NCBI RefSeq assembly: GCF_963921235.1 | Contig: NC_086101.1 | Coordinates: forward strand, 15,748,001 to 15,812,000 | DNA: 64,000 bases | Origin: Mobula hypostoma | Taxonomy: Eukaryota | Direction of reading: 5' to 3' | Part shown: positions 1-12,700 of the stretch, in pieces | How positions within the stretch are numbered: position 1 is the first letter of the stretch | Layout of the letters: each line of letters begins with the position of its first letter | The notes under the pieces: generated by a model | What the model was told of the DNA's origin: nothing | Seen by the model: only the letters and a program-made list of their open reading frames with translations | The model's database searches: none | Translations under genes and position numbers: made by a program

Positions 1-1670
1 GTGAGTACAGACCCAGAGCCATCAAAAGTTTCTCGCATGATAACCCTTTCAGTCCTGGAATCATCCTTGTGAACTGTCTCTGAACCCTCTCCAAGGCCAG
101 CACATCTTTTCTCAAATGAAGGGCCCAAAACTGTAGACAATACTCAAGGTGAGGCCGCAGTAGTGCCTTATAAAGCTTCAGCATCACATCTCCGCTGCTG
201 TATTCTAGACTTCTTGAAAATGCCAACCTTGCATTTGCCTTCCTCACCACTGACTCCATCTGCAAATTAACCTTTAGGGTGTTCTGCACAAGGACTCCCA
301 AGTCCCTTTGCATCTCAGATTTTTGGATTTTTTTCCCCCATTCAGAAAATAGTCTGCACATTTATTTCTTCTACCAAACTGCATGACCATGCATTTTCCA
401 ACATTATATTTCATTCGCCGCTTTCTTGCCTAATCTCCTAATCTGTCTAAGTCCTTCTGCAGCCTACCTGTTTCTTCAACATTAGCTGCCTCTCCACCAG
501 TCTTCGTATCATCTGAAAACTTGGCAACAAAGCCATCTATTCCCTCATCTAAATCATTGATATACAGCATAAACAGAAGCGGTCCCAACACTGAACCCTG
601 TGGAACCCTGGCAGCCAAACCAGAAAAGGGTCCTTTTATATCCACTCACTGCCTCCTGCCAATTAGACAATGCTTGAACCATGTCAGTGACATTCCTCTA
701 ATGCCACTTGGTAAGCAGCCTCGTGTGGAACCTCGGCAAAGGCCTTCTGAAAGTCCAAGCATACAACATCTACTGCATTCATTTATCTATCCTACTTGTA
801 ATCTCCTCAAAGAATTCTAAAAGGTTTGTCAAACAAGATTTTCCCTTAAGGAAACCATGCTGACTTGGTGCTATCCTGCGTTGTGTCACCATCACCACAT
901 TATTAGCAATTGACTCCAACATCTTCCCAACCACTGAGGTCAGGTTAACTGGTCTATAATTTCCTTTCTGCTCCCTTCCTCATTTCTTACAAAATGGAGT
1001 GGCGTCGGCAATTTTCCAGTCCTCTGGCACCATGCCAAAGTCCAATATTTTTTGTAAGATCATTTCTAATGCCTCCACAATCTCTATCACTAGCTCTTTC
1101 AGCAGCCTAGGGTGCAGTTCATCTGGTCCGGGTGAATTACGTACCCTTAGGTCTTTCAGCTTTTTGAGCACCTTCTCCCTTGTAATAGTAACTGCACTCA
1201 ATTCCCTCCCCTCACAACCTTCAATATCTGGCACGTGACTATTGTCTTCCGCAGTGAAGGCTGATGCAATATATTCATTTAATTTACCTGCCATCTCCTT
1301 GTCCCCCATTATTATTTCGCTGACCTCATTTTCTAGCAGTTCTCTATCCACTCTCACGTTTTACATACTTGAAAATGCTTTTACTATCCACTTTCATATT
1401 GTTTGCAAGCTTGCTTTCATATTTCATCTTTTCCCTCTGAATGACTCTTTTAGTTGCTTTCTTTTGGATTTTAAACGCTTCCTAATCATCAGTATTGCCA
1501 GTATTTTTTGCTTTGTTGTATGCCCACTCTTTAGCTTTTAAATTAGCTTTGACTTCCTTGGTCAGCCATGGTTATATTATTTTGCCTTTTGAGTACTTCT
1601 TTCTTTTTGGAATACATCTATCCTGCATCTTCCTTAATTTCCCCAGAAACCAGTGCTGTTGCTGCTCTGC
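1..1670 (-). mobile_element. CR1 LINE fragment (RT region, frameshifted)
   Basis: ORFs 430..645 (VPQGSVLGPLLF, FSDDTK) and 980..1357 (SPGPDELHPRLLKEL). Confidence 0.9.
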
Positions 1671-2172
1671 TGTCACAGTGTCATCCACTGCCCCACCCAT
1701 CCTGGAGGGTGAGGGGACACTGTGCGACCCACTGCCCCACTGTATCCCGGGGGGGGGGAGGCGAGTGTGTGACCCACTTCACCACCATTCCCAAAGGGGA
1801 AGAGGACAGCTTCTGACACACTGACCCACTTAGAACCAGAGTGATAGAGGAAAGTGGGTGACCCACTGCCCCGCCGAGTCCCAGAGGGGAGTGTGTGACC
1901 CACTGCCACTGTTCTATAATCTGCACACTGAGCCAATCATTGTTGATGGGTTGATAAGTGTGTGATCTCCAGCCAGTAACCCGAATGTAATTCTTGTTAT
2001 CTTTAGTCTTTCATCTACATTCAGCAATGGTCAGCCAGTCCCGTTGGTGATGACACTGGAAGTGAAGGCAGGAAACCGGACAGGGCTCCACGAATAGAAA
2101 GTTGATGGGGGAGTGTGGGTTTCGGTAGATGGTAATAAGCTCAGTATTGTGTCAGGCTGGGGAACCACTCAC

Positions 2173-2502
2173 GTGTGTGACTCACTGTCAGCCATACACC
2201 TTCTCCGATTTCCTCGCCAATCCCATTTATCTGTACTTTGCAGAAGTACATTCCAGAATCGCTCTCCCTCACATCCACCAGCTTAATGGAAGCTTTGAAG
2301 GAATCCTCCTGGTCAGGCCCAAGGACGCGCCCTGCAAACTCTGCTGTCCCGCTGGAGACTTCGGATGTGTTCCTGTACCAGCTGTAGAACACGGTGTCTC
2401 CAGAGTGATTGGCATTATGGCTACAGACCATGAGGACCGTTTCACCCTCACCTGCAAATATACTGGACTGGCCTTGCGTAACCGTGAAGCTCTTGCTTTT
2501 TC
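2173..2502 (-). CDS. NCR3: NCR3-like V exon, duplicated copy V1
   Basis: 330 nt, phase 1-1, EVSSGTAEFAGRV and DSGMYFCKVQINGIGEEIGEGVWLTV; lies inside ORF 2141..2527. Confidence 0.88.
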
Positions 2503-2749
2503 CTGCAATGGGAAAGGAGAAAGTCAATGCTTCCCGTTTGAAAGATGGCCACTGAGGTGAGAATTAAGGCCCAGTGTTAAAGACTGTACAGATTCAACAT
2601 TTGAGATTGTTTGTTGTCAATCGTCAGTACAAGAGTTTAAAGGAGGATGAAATCATTGTTTCTGCAGTTCTGATGCAACATTAAAAAGAGACAATAAGCG
2701 TAAAAACATAAAAAAAATACACCCATCCTATAAATCACAATGTACAAGT

Positions 2750-3385
2750 AACTGTAAAGTGGCGGTGCATGGGAAGGGTGCTGAGGGGATGTGGAGAGGA
2801 GTGGCTGATGTGGATGTAGTGCTGCTGGGGTGCGTTAATGGTAGAGGTGTTGATCAACCTGATAACACTGGGGGAAGTAACTGACTTTCTGTCTATTCGT
2901 CCTGGTATGGTGATGCATAGCCTCTTCCCTGATGGAAGCAGGACAAACAGTCCATGAGTAAGGTGGGTGGGATCTTTCATTGATTACTGGCCTTTTCCTT
3001 GCACCTTTCTGAACGTATGTCCTTGATGGCAGGTGGATGAAGCTGGGGATGTGTTGGGCAGGTTTATCCAGCCATTGTGGAGTCTCTGTGTCTGCCGCAG
3101 TGCAGATCCATACCACGCAGAGATGCAGTATGTTAGGATGCTCTCTACTGCAGTGGTGTTATAGCAACAACCTTGAACTCAACAACGGTTACACTAATAG
3201 ACTGATTGTGGACTTCAGGAAGGGGAAATCAAGGGAGGATAGACCAGTCCGCATTCAGGGATTGGAAATGGAAGGTGTGAGAAATTTCAGTTTCCAGTGG
3301 ATCTATTCTGAGATCAACCTATTGATGCAATTCCAAAGAAGGCACAACAGCGGCTATAGTTCATTTGGAGTTTCATAAAATTTGT
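2750..3385. mobile_element. Rex1/Babar-like LINE 3' fragments, duplicated with each unit (also about 5960-6620, 8130-8456, 15830-16010)
   Basis: HTRT..KNSYFPQ-like and WC..NNLELN..KT..L.VDFRK-like translations, typical of the Rex1-clade ORF2 C-terminus. Confidence 0.7.
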
Positions 3386-4089
3386 TATGTCACTAAAGAC
3401 AATGTGCATTGTCCAGGTCTCTGCACAGGTCACAGGTCCCTGTGAAATGGAGATCCCAGTGAGGGAGTATTACACTCTCTCTCTGAGTTGCATGGAGTAT
3501 CTTTCCTGTATCTGGGATGTCATCCCAGGGTGCAGTCTTCACAAAGGGGCTGGCCATTCAGGACAGATGGGATGTGTCTTTATCCCGGGGCTGGAGTGCC
3601 TTGGTAGGGTTGGGTGAGACGGAAGGATACCTTATTGATCCCAAAGGAAATTACTGTGTCACAGCAGCATTACAAGTAAACAGATATAAATATTGGAAGA
3701 GAGGTCGTAAGAATAAAAATAAGTTACCAGAAACGATCTAACAGGAGGACACCATCACGTCTGCTGCTATATATAGGTTGACTCATCAGAGAGTCTAACG
3801 GCCGAGGGTAAGAATGACCTGATGTCGCACTCTTTGGGGAAAACATGAGCTCTAATAGGCCATTTGGCTCTTCCAGACTGGTGAAGCATGCAATGACATG
3901 GCAGCTGACCTGAAAGTCTTTCATCCCACTGGTGAAATCATTCCTGTCTCTGAAATACACCCCCTTTTCCCAATTCTAGGACAGGGAGCACAGGGAAGTT
4001 GCTCTTCCAATAATTGTATAGGATGACCGAGAGGTGATAAAGTCATTGATCTTTGAATAATATTTATATGTCCCACACTAATCCCATTT

Positions 4090-4195
4090 GAACTTTCAAA
4101 GCCAAGATTGGACTCATAAGTCACTTGAGAGCCCATAAGTAGATCAACAGAATGAAGACCATCACCCTTGACCTCGAGGGATAGCCACGACGATG
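4090..4195 (+). mobile_element. 106-bp 5'-truncated non-LTR retroposon fragment with 13-bp TSD
   Basis: actaatcccattt at 4077-4089 and 4196-4208; single copy (empty site) in the paralogous unit near 6829-6841; ends in an acgacgatg tail. Confidence 0.7.
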
Positions 4196-4209
4196 ACTAA
4201 TCCCATTTA

Positions 4210-4400
4210 TTTTCCCTTTAATTCTCCTGTTAACCGTTCCACCTCCCTCTTTCAAATCCACCCAACTACTACCACTTCCCCAAACACGAGAGCAATTTTC
4301 AGCAATCAATTAAGCCACCAACCCACACGTCTTTGTGATGTGAGAGGAAGCCAGAGCACCCAGCTTTAGGGGTTGGCCACACCATCACAAGGAGAATCCA
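4210..4400 (-). mobile_element. V-SINE/HE1-like SINE fragment (paralogous copy about 6845-7040; another about 34140-34300)
   Basis: Minus strand gggtgctctggcttcctctcacatcacaaagacgtgtgggtt resembles the conserved V-SINE core. Confidence 0.6.
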
Positions 4401-4412
4401 TTAAGATTAGGA

Positions 4413-5125
4413 TAGGACAGTGTGTGACACACTGCCCCACCGGGTCCCAGAGGGGGAAGAGGATAGTGTGTGACACACTACCCCACAGTGTCCCAGAGGG
4501 GGAAGAGGATAGTGTGTGACACACTGCCCCACAGGGTCCCAGCGGGGGAAGAGGATAGTGTGTGACACACTGCCCCACTGGGTCCCAGAGGGGGAAGAGG
4601 ATAATGTGTGACACACTGCCTCACCGGGTCCCAGAGGGGGAAGAGGATAGTGTGTGACACACTGCCCCACTGGGTCCCAGAGGGGGAAGAGGATAGTGTG
4701 TGACACACTGCCCCACTGGGTCCCAGAGGGGGAAGAGGATAGTGTGTGACACACTGCCCCACTGGGTCCCAGCCTGAGAGAGGACAGTGTGTGACCTACA
4801 CCCCACAAGGTCCCAGAAGGAGGAAAAGGACAGTGTGTTACACACTGCCCCATTGGGTCCAGGAGGGGAAGAGGGTAGTGTGTGCCTGACTGCACCACCT
4901 CGACCCAAAGGGGGAGAGAACAGCTTGTGACACACTCTCCCACCTGGTCCCAACATGAGAGAGGAGGGTGTGTGACTCACTGGCCCACCTAGTCTCAGAG
5001 GTAGGGAGGAGAGTGCGTGACCCTCTGCCCCACGGGGTCCCAGATGGGGGAAGAGGACTGTGTGACACACAGTCTCACCTGATCCCAGCGTGAGAGAGGA
5101 CAATGTGTGACCCAGTGCTACTGTT
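4413..5125. repeat. 46-bp minisatellite (aggatagtgtgtgacacactgccccactgggtcccagagggggaag), about 8 near-perfect plus about 7 degenerate copies
   Basis: Units recur at 4459, 4505, 4551, 4597, 4643, 4689 and 4735. Shorter degenerate arrays lie at about 1680-1915, 7047-7300 and 14735-14995. Confidence 0.92.
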
Positions 5126-5383
5126 CTATAATCTGCACATTGAGCCAGTCATTGTCATGGGTTGATAAGTGTGTGATCTCCAGCCAGTAACCCCAATGTA
5201 ATTCTTCTTATCTGTAGTCTCCCATCTACATTCAACAATGGTCATCCGGTCCCATTGGTGACAACACTGGAAGTGAAGGCAGGAAAGCAGACAGGGCTCC
5301 ACGAGTAGAAAGTTGATGGGGGTGGGTGGGTGTTAGTGGGTGGTAATAAGCTCAGTATTGTGTCGTGCTGGGGAACCACTCAC

Positions 5384-5713
5384 CTGTGTGACTCACTGTC
5401 AGCCGTACTCCTTCTCCGATTTCCTCGCCAATCCCGCCTATCCGTACTTTGCAGTAATACATTCCGGAATCGCTCTCCCTCACATCCACCAGCTTCATGG
5501 AAACTTTGAAGGAATCCTCCTGGTCAGGCCCAAGGATGCGCCCTGCATACTCTGCCGTCCCGTTGGAGACTTCGGATGTGTTCCTGTACCAGCTGTAGTA
5601 CACGGTGTCTCTGGAGTGATTGGCATTATGGCTACAGACCATGAGGACCGTTTCACCCTCATCTACAAATATACTGGCCTGGCCTTGCGTAACCGTGAAG
5701 CTCTTGCTTTTTC
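5384..5713 (-). CDS. NCR3: NCR3-like V exon, duplicated copy V2
   Basis: 330 nt, phase 1-1, donor CAG|gtgagt, intact V-set motifs; lies inside ORF 5352..5738. Confidence 0.88.
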
Positions 5714-7559
5714 CTGCAATGGGAAAGGAGAAAGTCAATGCTTCCCGTTTGGAAGTTGGCCATTGGGGTGAGAACTAAGACCCAGTGTTAAAGACTGGAC
5801 ACATTCAACATCTGAGATTGTTTGTTGTCAATTGTGAGTACAAGAGTTTAAAGGAGGATGAAATCATTGTTTCTCCAGTTCTGACGCAGCAGTAAAAAGA
5901 GATAATAGACATAAAACAAATAAATATATAAATATACGCCCATCCTATAAATCACAATGTACAAGTAACTGTAAAGTGACAGGACATGGGAAGGGTGCTG
6001 AGGGGGTGTGGAGAGGAGTGGCTGATGTGGATGTAGTGGTGGTGGGGTGGGTTAATGGTGGAGGTGTTCGGGAACCTGGTAACATTGGGGGAAGTAACTG
6101 TTTTTCAGTCTAGTCATCCTGGTATGGTGATGCATAGCCTCTTCCCTGATGGAAGCAGGACAAACAGTCCATGAGTAAGGTGGGTGGGATCTTTCATTGA
6201 TTACCGGCCTTTTCCCTGCACCTTTCTGAACGTATGTCCTTGATGGCAGGTGGATGATGCTGGGGATGTGTTGGGCAGGTTTATCCAGCCATTGTGGAGT
6301 CTCTGTGTCTGCCGCAGTGCAGATCCGTACCACGCAGTGATGCAGCATGTTAGGATGCTCTCTACTGCAGTGGTGTTACAGCAACAACCTTGAACTCAAC
6401 AACGGTTACACTAGGAGACTGACTGTGGACTTCAGGAAGGGGAAATCAAGGGAGGATAGACCAGTTCGCATTCAGGGATTGGAAATGGAAGGTGTGAGAA
6501 ATTTCAATTTCCTGGGTGTCAACATCACTGTGGATCTATTCTGGGCTCAACATTTTGATGCAATTCCAAAGAAGGCACAACAGCGGCTATAGTTCATTCG
6601 GAGTTTGAGGAGATTTGTTATGTCACTAAAGACAATGTGCATTGTCCAGGTCTCTGCAGCTTCCCTGTGAAATGGAGATCCCACTGAGGGAGCATTACAC
6701 TCTCTCTCTGAGTTGCATGGAGTATCTTTCCCGTATCTGGGATGTCATCCCAGGGTGCAGTCTTCACAAAGGGGCTGGCCATTCAGGACAGATGGGATGT
6801 GTCTTCGAATAATATTTATATGTCCTACACTAATCCCATTTATTTTCCCTTTAATTTTACTGATAAACGTTCCTCTCTCATCTTTCAAATCCACCCAATT
6901 TCTGCCACTTCCCAAAACGCTGGAGCAATATTCAGCAACCGATTAAGCCACCAACCCACGCGTCTCTGAGATGGGGGAGGAAGCCAGTGCACCCAGGGGT
7001 GGGGGTTGGCCACACCACCACAGGGAGAATTCATTAAGATTAGGATAGGACAGTGTGTTACACACTGCCCCACAGGGTCCCAGTGGTGAAGAGGGTAGTT
7101 TGTGACCGACTGCTCCACCTCAACCCAAAGGGGGAGAGAACAGCTTGTGACCCACTGCCCCTCCCGGTCCCAGAGGGAGAGAGGATAATAAGTGACCCTC
7201 TGTCCCACAGGTTCCCAGATGGGGGAAGAGGACTGTGTGTGACCCACTGTCTCACCTGATGCCAGCGTGAGAGAGGACTGTGTATGACCCACTGACACTG
7301 TTCTATAATCTGCACACTGAGCCAATCATTGTTGTTGGGTTGATCAGTGTGTGCTCTCCAGCCAGTCACCCCAATGTAATTGTTGTTATCTTTAGTCTCT
7401 CATCTACATTCAGCGATGGTCAGCCGGTCCCGTTGGTGACGATACTGGAGTGAAGGTAGGAAACCGGACAGGGCTCCACAAATAGAAAGTTGATGGGGGA
7501 GGGAGGGTGATGGTGGTGGTAATAAGCTCAGTGTTGTCTCAGGATGGGGAACCACTCAC

Positions 7560-7889
7560 GTGTGTGACTCACGGTCAGCCGTACTCCTTCTCCGATTTCC
7601 TCGCCAATCCCGCCTATCCGTACTTTGCAGTAATACATTCCGGAATCGCTCTCCCTCACATCCACCAGCTTCATGGAAACTTTGAAGGAATCCTCCTGGT
7701 CAGGCCCAAGGATGCGCCCTGCATACTCTGCCGTCCCGTTGGAGACTTCGGATGTGTTCCTGTACCAGCTGTAGTACACGGTGTCTCTGGAGTGATTGGC
7801 ATTATGGCTACAGACCATGAGGACCGTTTCACCCTCACCTGCAAATATACTGGACTGGCCTTGCGTAACCGTGAAGCTCTTGCTTTTTC
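7560..7889 (-). CDS. NCR3: NCR3-like V exon, duplicated copy V3
   Basis: 330 nt, phase 1-1, intact V-set motifs; lies inside ORF 7528..7914. Confidence 0.88.
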
Positions 7890-9711
7890 CTGCAATGGGA
7901 AAGGAGAAAGTCAATGCTTCCCGTTTGGAAGTTGGCCATTGGGGTGAGAATTAAGGCCCAGTGTTAAAGATTGGACACATTCAACATCTGAGATTGTTTG
8001 TTGTCAATCGTCAGTACAAGAGTTTAAAGGAGGATTAAATCATTGTTTCTCCAGTTCTGACGCAGCATTAAAAAGAGACAATAGGTGTAAAACACATATG
8101 TATAAACCCATGCTATAAAACACAATGTACAAGTAACTGTAAAGTGACAGTGCATGGGAAGGGTGCTGAGGGCTGTGGAGAGGAGTGGCTGATGTGGATG
8201 TAGTGGTGGTGGGGTGGGTTAATGGTGGAGGTATTGATCAACCCGATAACATTGGGGTTAGTAACTGTTTTTCAGTTTAGTTGTCCTGGTATGGATGCTG
8301 CATATCCTCTTCCCTCATGGGAGGTGGACAACCAGTCCATGAGCAAGGTGGGTGTGGTCCATCACTGATCTTACTGGCCTTTTCCCTGCACCTTTCTGAA
8401 CATATGTCTTTGATGGCGGGTGGCTAAAGCTGAGGATGTATTTTGCATGTTTATCCTGTTACAAGGTGGGCATTGATGGTGGACCCAAATGCAAGACATA
8501 GACATTGAGTTACTAGGAACAGGACTAGGTTTGTCAAGAAAGCAAGGGAAGAAACGATACTTGACATTGACACAGGCCCTGGACGGAACTAAGATTCAGG
8601 GCCTGGGCTATGACTTGGGCTAGAAGCACTGGACCCGGACGTGGAACTAGGAAGAAGGAGCCTGGACTAGGAACTCAGAACTCTGGAACCAGAGTCTGGA
8701 CAAGGACCTGGAACTCGGGTCTTGGTTGGGACCTGGAACCTGGGTCTTGACCTGGAACCGGAACTCGGGTCCAGGTTAGGACCCTGGACTAGGATCTTGG
8801 CAAGGACAGGACAGGACAAGTTACTCCAGCACAGGACGAGGTAGGCCAGCACCGGGCTGGGCGAAGAACTCCTGGGTTGGGCGAGCCACCAGAACTAGAT
8901 GAAGACACGAAGCTCAGATTTGGATGGGGCTGGAACACGGCGCCTGGACTTGGTCTTAGAACTCAGGAACACAGAGCCTTGGACGTGGACTGGACGCTCA
9001 GAGCCTTGGACATGGACTGGACATTCAGAGCCTTGGACATGGACTGGACGAGGTACTCCAGGGCAGGGCGAGGTACCCTAGGGCAGGACGTGGTTCTTGG
9101 ATGGGGTTTGGCTTGGCTCTTGGACTCGGCTTGGGTTAGGCTCTTGGATACGGAGCCGGGACTCCTTCTTGGAGTGCAGGGCCGGGACACCTTCTAGGAC
9201 GCAGGGCCAGGATGACTGCCGAGGTAAACTGCTGAGGATTCCGATGGGGACGATCCAGCACAGGACGAGAAATCTCCAGCACAGGACGAGAAATCTCCAG
9301 CACCGGGCTGGGTGAGGTACTCCTGGGCTGGAAGAGGCACATGGACTGGAATAGGACACGAAGCTCAGACTTGGACAGGGCTGGAACGCGGCGCCTGGAC
9401 TTGGTCTTGGAACACAGGAACCTAGGAACACAGAGCCTTGGACTTGAGCACAGGACCACAGAGCACAGAGCCGGGACCCCTCCCTGGGGTTAGGACATAG
9501 GGCCGGGACTCGTACACGGAACACAGAGCCAGGACCCCTCCTTGGGAACAGGACTTAGGGCCTGAGGTCCACATGAAACACAGAGTCAGGACCCTTCCTT
9601 GAGAACAGGACCCAGGGCCGGGACTCTTCTTTGACACGGACACTAAACACAGGGCCACAAAGAGACAGTTTCAAACTCAATGATAGATAGTTCCTTATCT
9701 TGGCGTGGCTA

Positions 9712-12700
9712 GAACATAGAACAGTACAGCACAGTACAGGCTGTATGGCCCACAATGTTGTGCCGACCCTTAAACTCTGCCTCTCATATAACCCCCCACC
9801 TTAAATTCCTCCATATACCTGTCTAGTAGTCTCTGAAATTTCACTAGTGCATCTGCCTCCACCACTGACTCAGGCAGTGCATTCCACACACCAACCAATC
9901 TCTGTGTCACAATGGAGGCTTTGGGAATGGACCTAAATGCAAGACACAGACACTGAAGTACAAGGAACAGGACTTGACTAGAGTAGGGACGTGACAGGAT
10001 TCAGACCAGGAGCAGGGACAAGAAAACAGGCTTGGGCTAGGACATGGACTAGACACAGGGAACCCGGACAAGGAATTGTGAACTAGGAGCCTGGGCTAGG
10101 ACTCCAAGCCAGAGACTGGACAAGGACCCAGGACCTGGGTCTTGCCTCGGGCTCGGACCCCAGAACCAGGCAGGGACATGACATGGCTACTGGACAGGAC
10201 GTGGCTGGGGTCTTGGCTCTTGAACTTGGAGACAGGCTGGGGTCTTGGGGCTTGAGGCTTGGAGACAGGCCTGGGGTCTTGGGGCTTGAGGCTTGGAGAC
10301 AGGCCTGGGGTCTTGGGGCTTGAGGCTTGGAGGCTGAGGTCTTGGGTCTCGAGGCTTGGAGGCTGGGGTCTTGGGTTTCGAGGCTTGCAGGCTGGGGTCT
10401 CGGGTCTTGAGGCTACAGGCTGGGAGCTGGGGTCTTGGAATGCGAAGGCTGATAACTCAGACGCTGGAGCTCGGAGACAGACTGGGAACTGTACATCAAT
10501 AGAGAGCTGGGACTTATCCTTAGAAAAGCCAGGAGTCATCTTTAACTCGACACTAACTTGAGACTGGACTGTACATAGACATAGAGCCGGGACTCATCCA
10601 TAGACAAGCCGGGACTCAACTTTATCTCCACACCAAGGTGGGACAGGTCAACCTGCTGGGTAACGGCAGAACGGCCGGACTTACCCAACAGAGGCGAGGA
10701 CAAGACAAGACAGATCCCCCGCAGGGCAACGGCATAACCTCCTGACTTACCCCATGGAGGCAAGGACAAGACAAGACAGGACCCCCTGCAGGGCAACGCC
10801 AGGATGGCCTGACTTACCCCACGGAGGCGAGAACAAGAAGAGACATACACCAAAGAATGACAGACAGTTCCATCTCTGCTTCGGGGTTGCTCTGAGTCGC
10901 AGTTTCAGCCAGCAACCTCAGCTGGCGACGGAAACAGCCGGATCCCTACCTAGCTCGGAGTGGCTGGCAGCCACTCAGCTGGCCTGGGAAACAGACGAAT
11001 CCATACCGCAAAGACGGCCCCGACTACCGTTAGCAAGGTTCCATGAAGCGATGGTCTCCAACAAGGCCTAAAGATGACAAGTGGCCGCTCTAGCCTTCCA
11101 CCGGCAGGTTGCTCCCAGGGGATCCTGACAAGACAAACCAGCAGCCCACACTCAACCCCAAGGCTACTTGTATTCCAAGCCCCAAGATGGGAATCAGGTG
11201 CCTATGATTAACTCAAACAAAACAAGGGACAGCTGGAAGACCCGGAGTCCTGAGTCCACGGACTGGACCGTGAACCGGAACGTGACACTCTGAGTGAAAA
11301 GCCTTCCTCTAATATCCCCCTTGAACTTCCCACCCCTTACCTTAAAGCATGTTTTCTTGTCTTGAGCAGTGGTGCCCTGGGGAAGAGGCACTGTCTGTTC
11401 ACTCTATCTATTCCTCTTAATATCTTGTATACCTCTATCATTTCTCCTGTCATCCCCCTCCTCTTCAGAGAGTAAAGCCCGAGCTCCCTTAATCTTTGAT
11501 CATAATGCATACTCTCTATACCAGGCAGCGTCCTGGTAAATCTCCTCTGTACCCTTTCCAATGCTTCAACATCCTTCCTATAGTGAGGCAACCAGAACTG
11601 GACACAGTACTCCAAGTATGGCCTAACCAGGGTTTTATAGAGCTGCATCATTACATCGCGACTCTTAAACTCTATCCCTCGACTTATGAAAGCTAACACT
11701 CCACAAGCTTTCTTAACTACCCTATCCACCTGTGAGGCAACTTTCAGGGATCTGTGAACATGTACCCCCAGATCCCTCTGCTCCTCCACACTTCTGAGTA
11801 TCCTGCCATTTACTTCGAACTTTGCTTTGGAGTTTGTCCTTCCAAAGTGTACCACCTCACACTTCTCCAGATTGAACTCCATCTGCCACTTCTCAGCCCA
11901 CTTCTGCATCCTATCAATGTCTCTCTGCAATCCTCAACAATCCTCTACACTATCCATAACACCACCAACCTTTGTGTTGTCTGCAAACTTGCCCACCCAC
12001 CCTTCTACCCCCACATCCAGGTCGTTAATAAAACTCACAAAAAGTAGAAGTCCCAGAACCGATCCTTGTGGGACACCTCTAGTCACAACCCTCTAATCCG
12101 AATGTACTCCCTCCACTATGACCCTCTGCCTTCTGCAGGCAAGCCAATTCTGAATCCACCTGGCCAAACATCCCTGGATCCCATGCCTTCTGACTTTCTG
12201 AATAAGCCTACCATATGGAACCTTGTCAAATGCCTTACTAAAATCCATGCAGATAACATCCACAGCACTACCCTCATCTAGATGCCTGGTCACCTCCTCA
12301 AAGAACTCTATCAGGCTTGTTAGACATGATCTGCCCTTCACAAAGCCATGCTGACTGTCCCTGATCAGATCATGATTCTCTAAGTGCCCATAGATCCTAT
12401 CTCTAAGAATCTTTTCGAACAGCTTTCCCATCACAGACGTAAGGCTCACTGGTCTATAATTACCTGGACTCTCCCTACTACCTTTTTTGAACAAGGGGAC
12501 AACATTTGCCTCCCTCCAATCCTCCAGTACCATTCGCGTAGACAACGAGGACATAAAGAACCTATCCAGAGGCTCAGCAATCTCTTCCCTCGCCTCATGG
12601 AGCAGCTAGGGGAATACTCTGTCAGGCCCCGGGGACTTATCCGTTCTAATGCATTTTAATAACTCCAACACCTTCTCTGCCTTAATATCAACATGCTCCA

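Noticed and set aside
4413-5125. Palindromic regular repeats resembling a CRISPR array
   Set aside because: The units are directly adjacent with no unique spacers, there are no cas genes, and the context is eukaryotic. It is a minisatellite.
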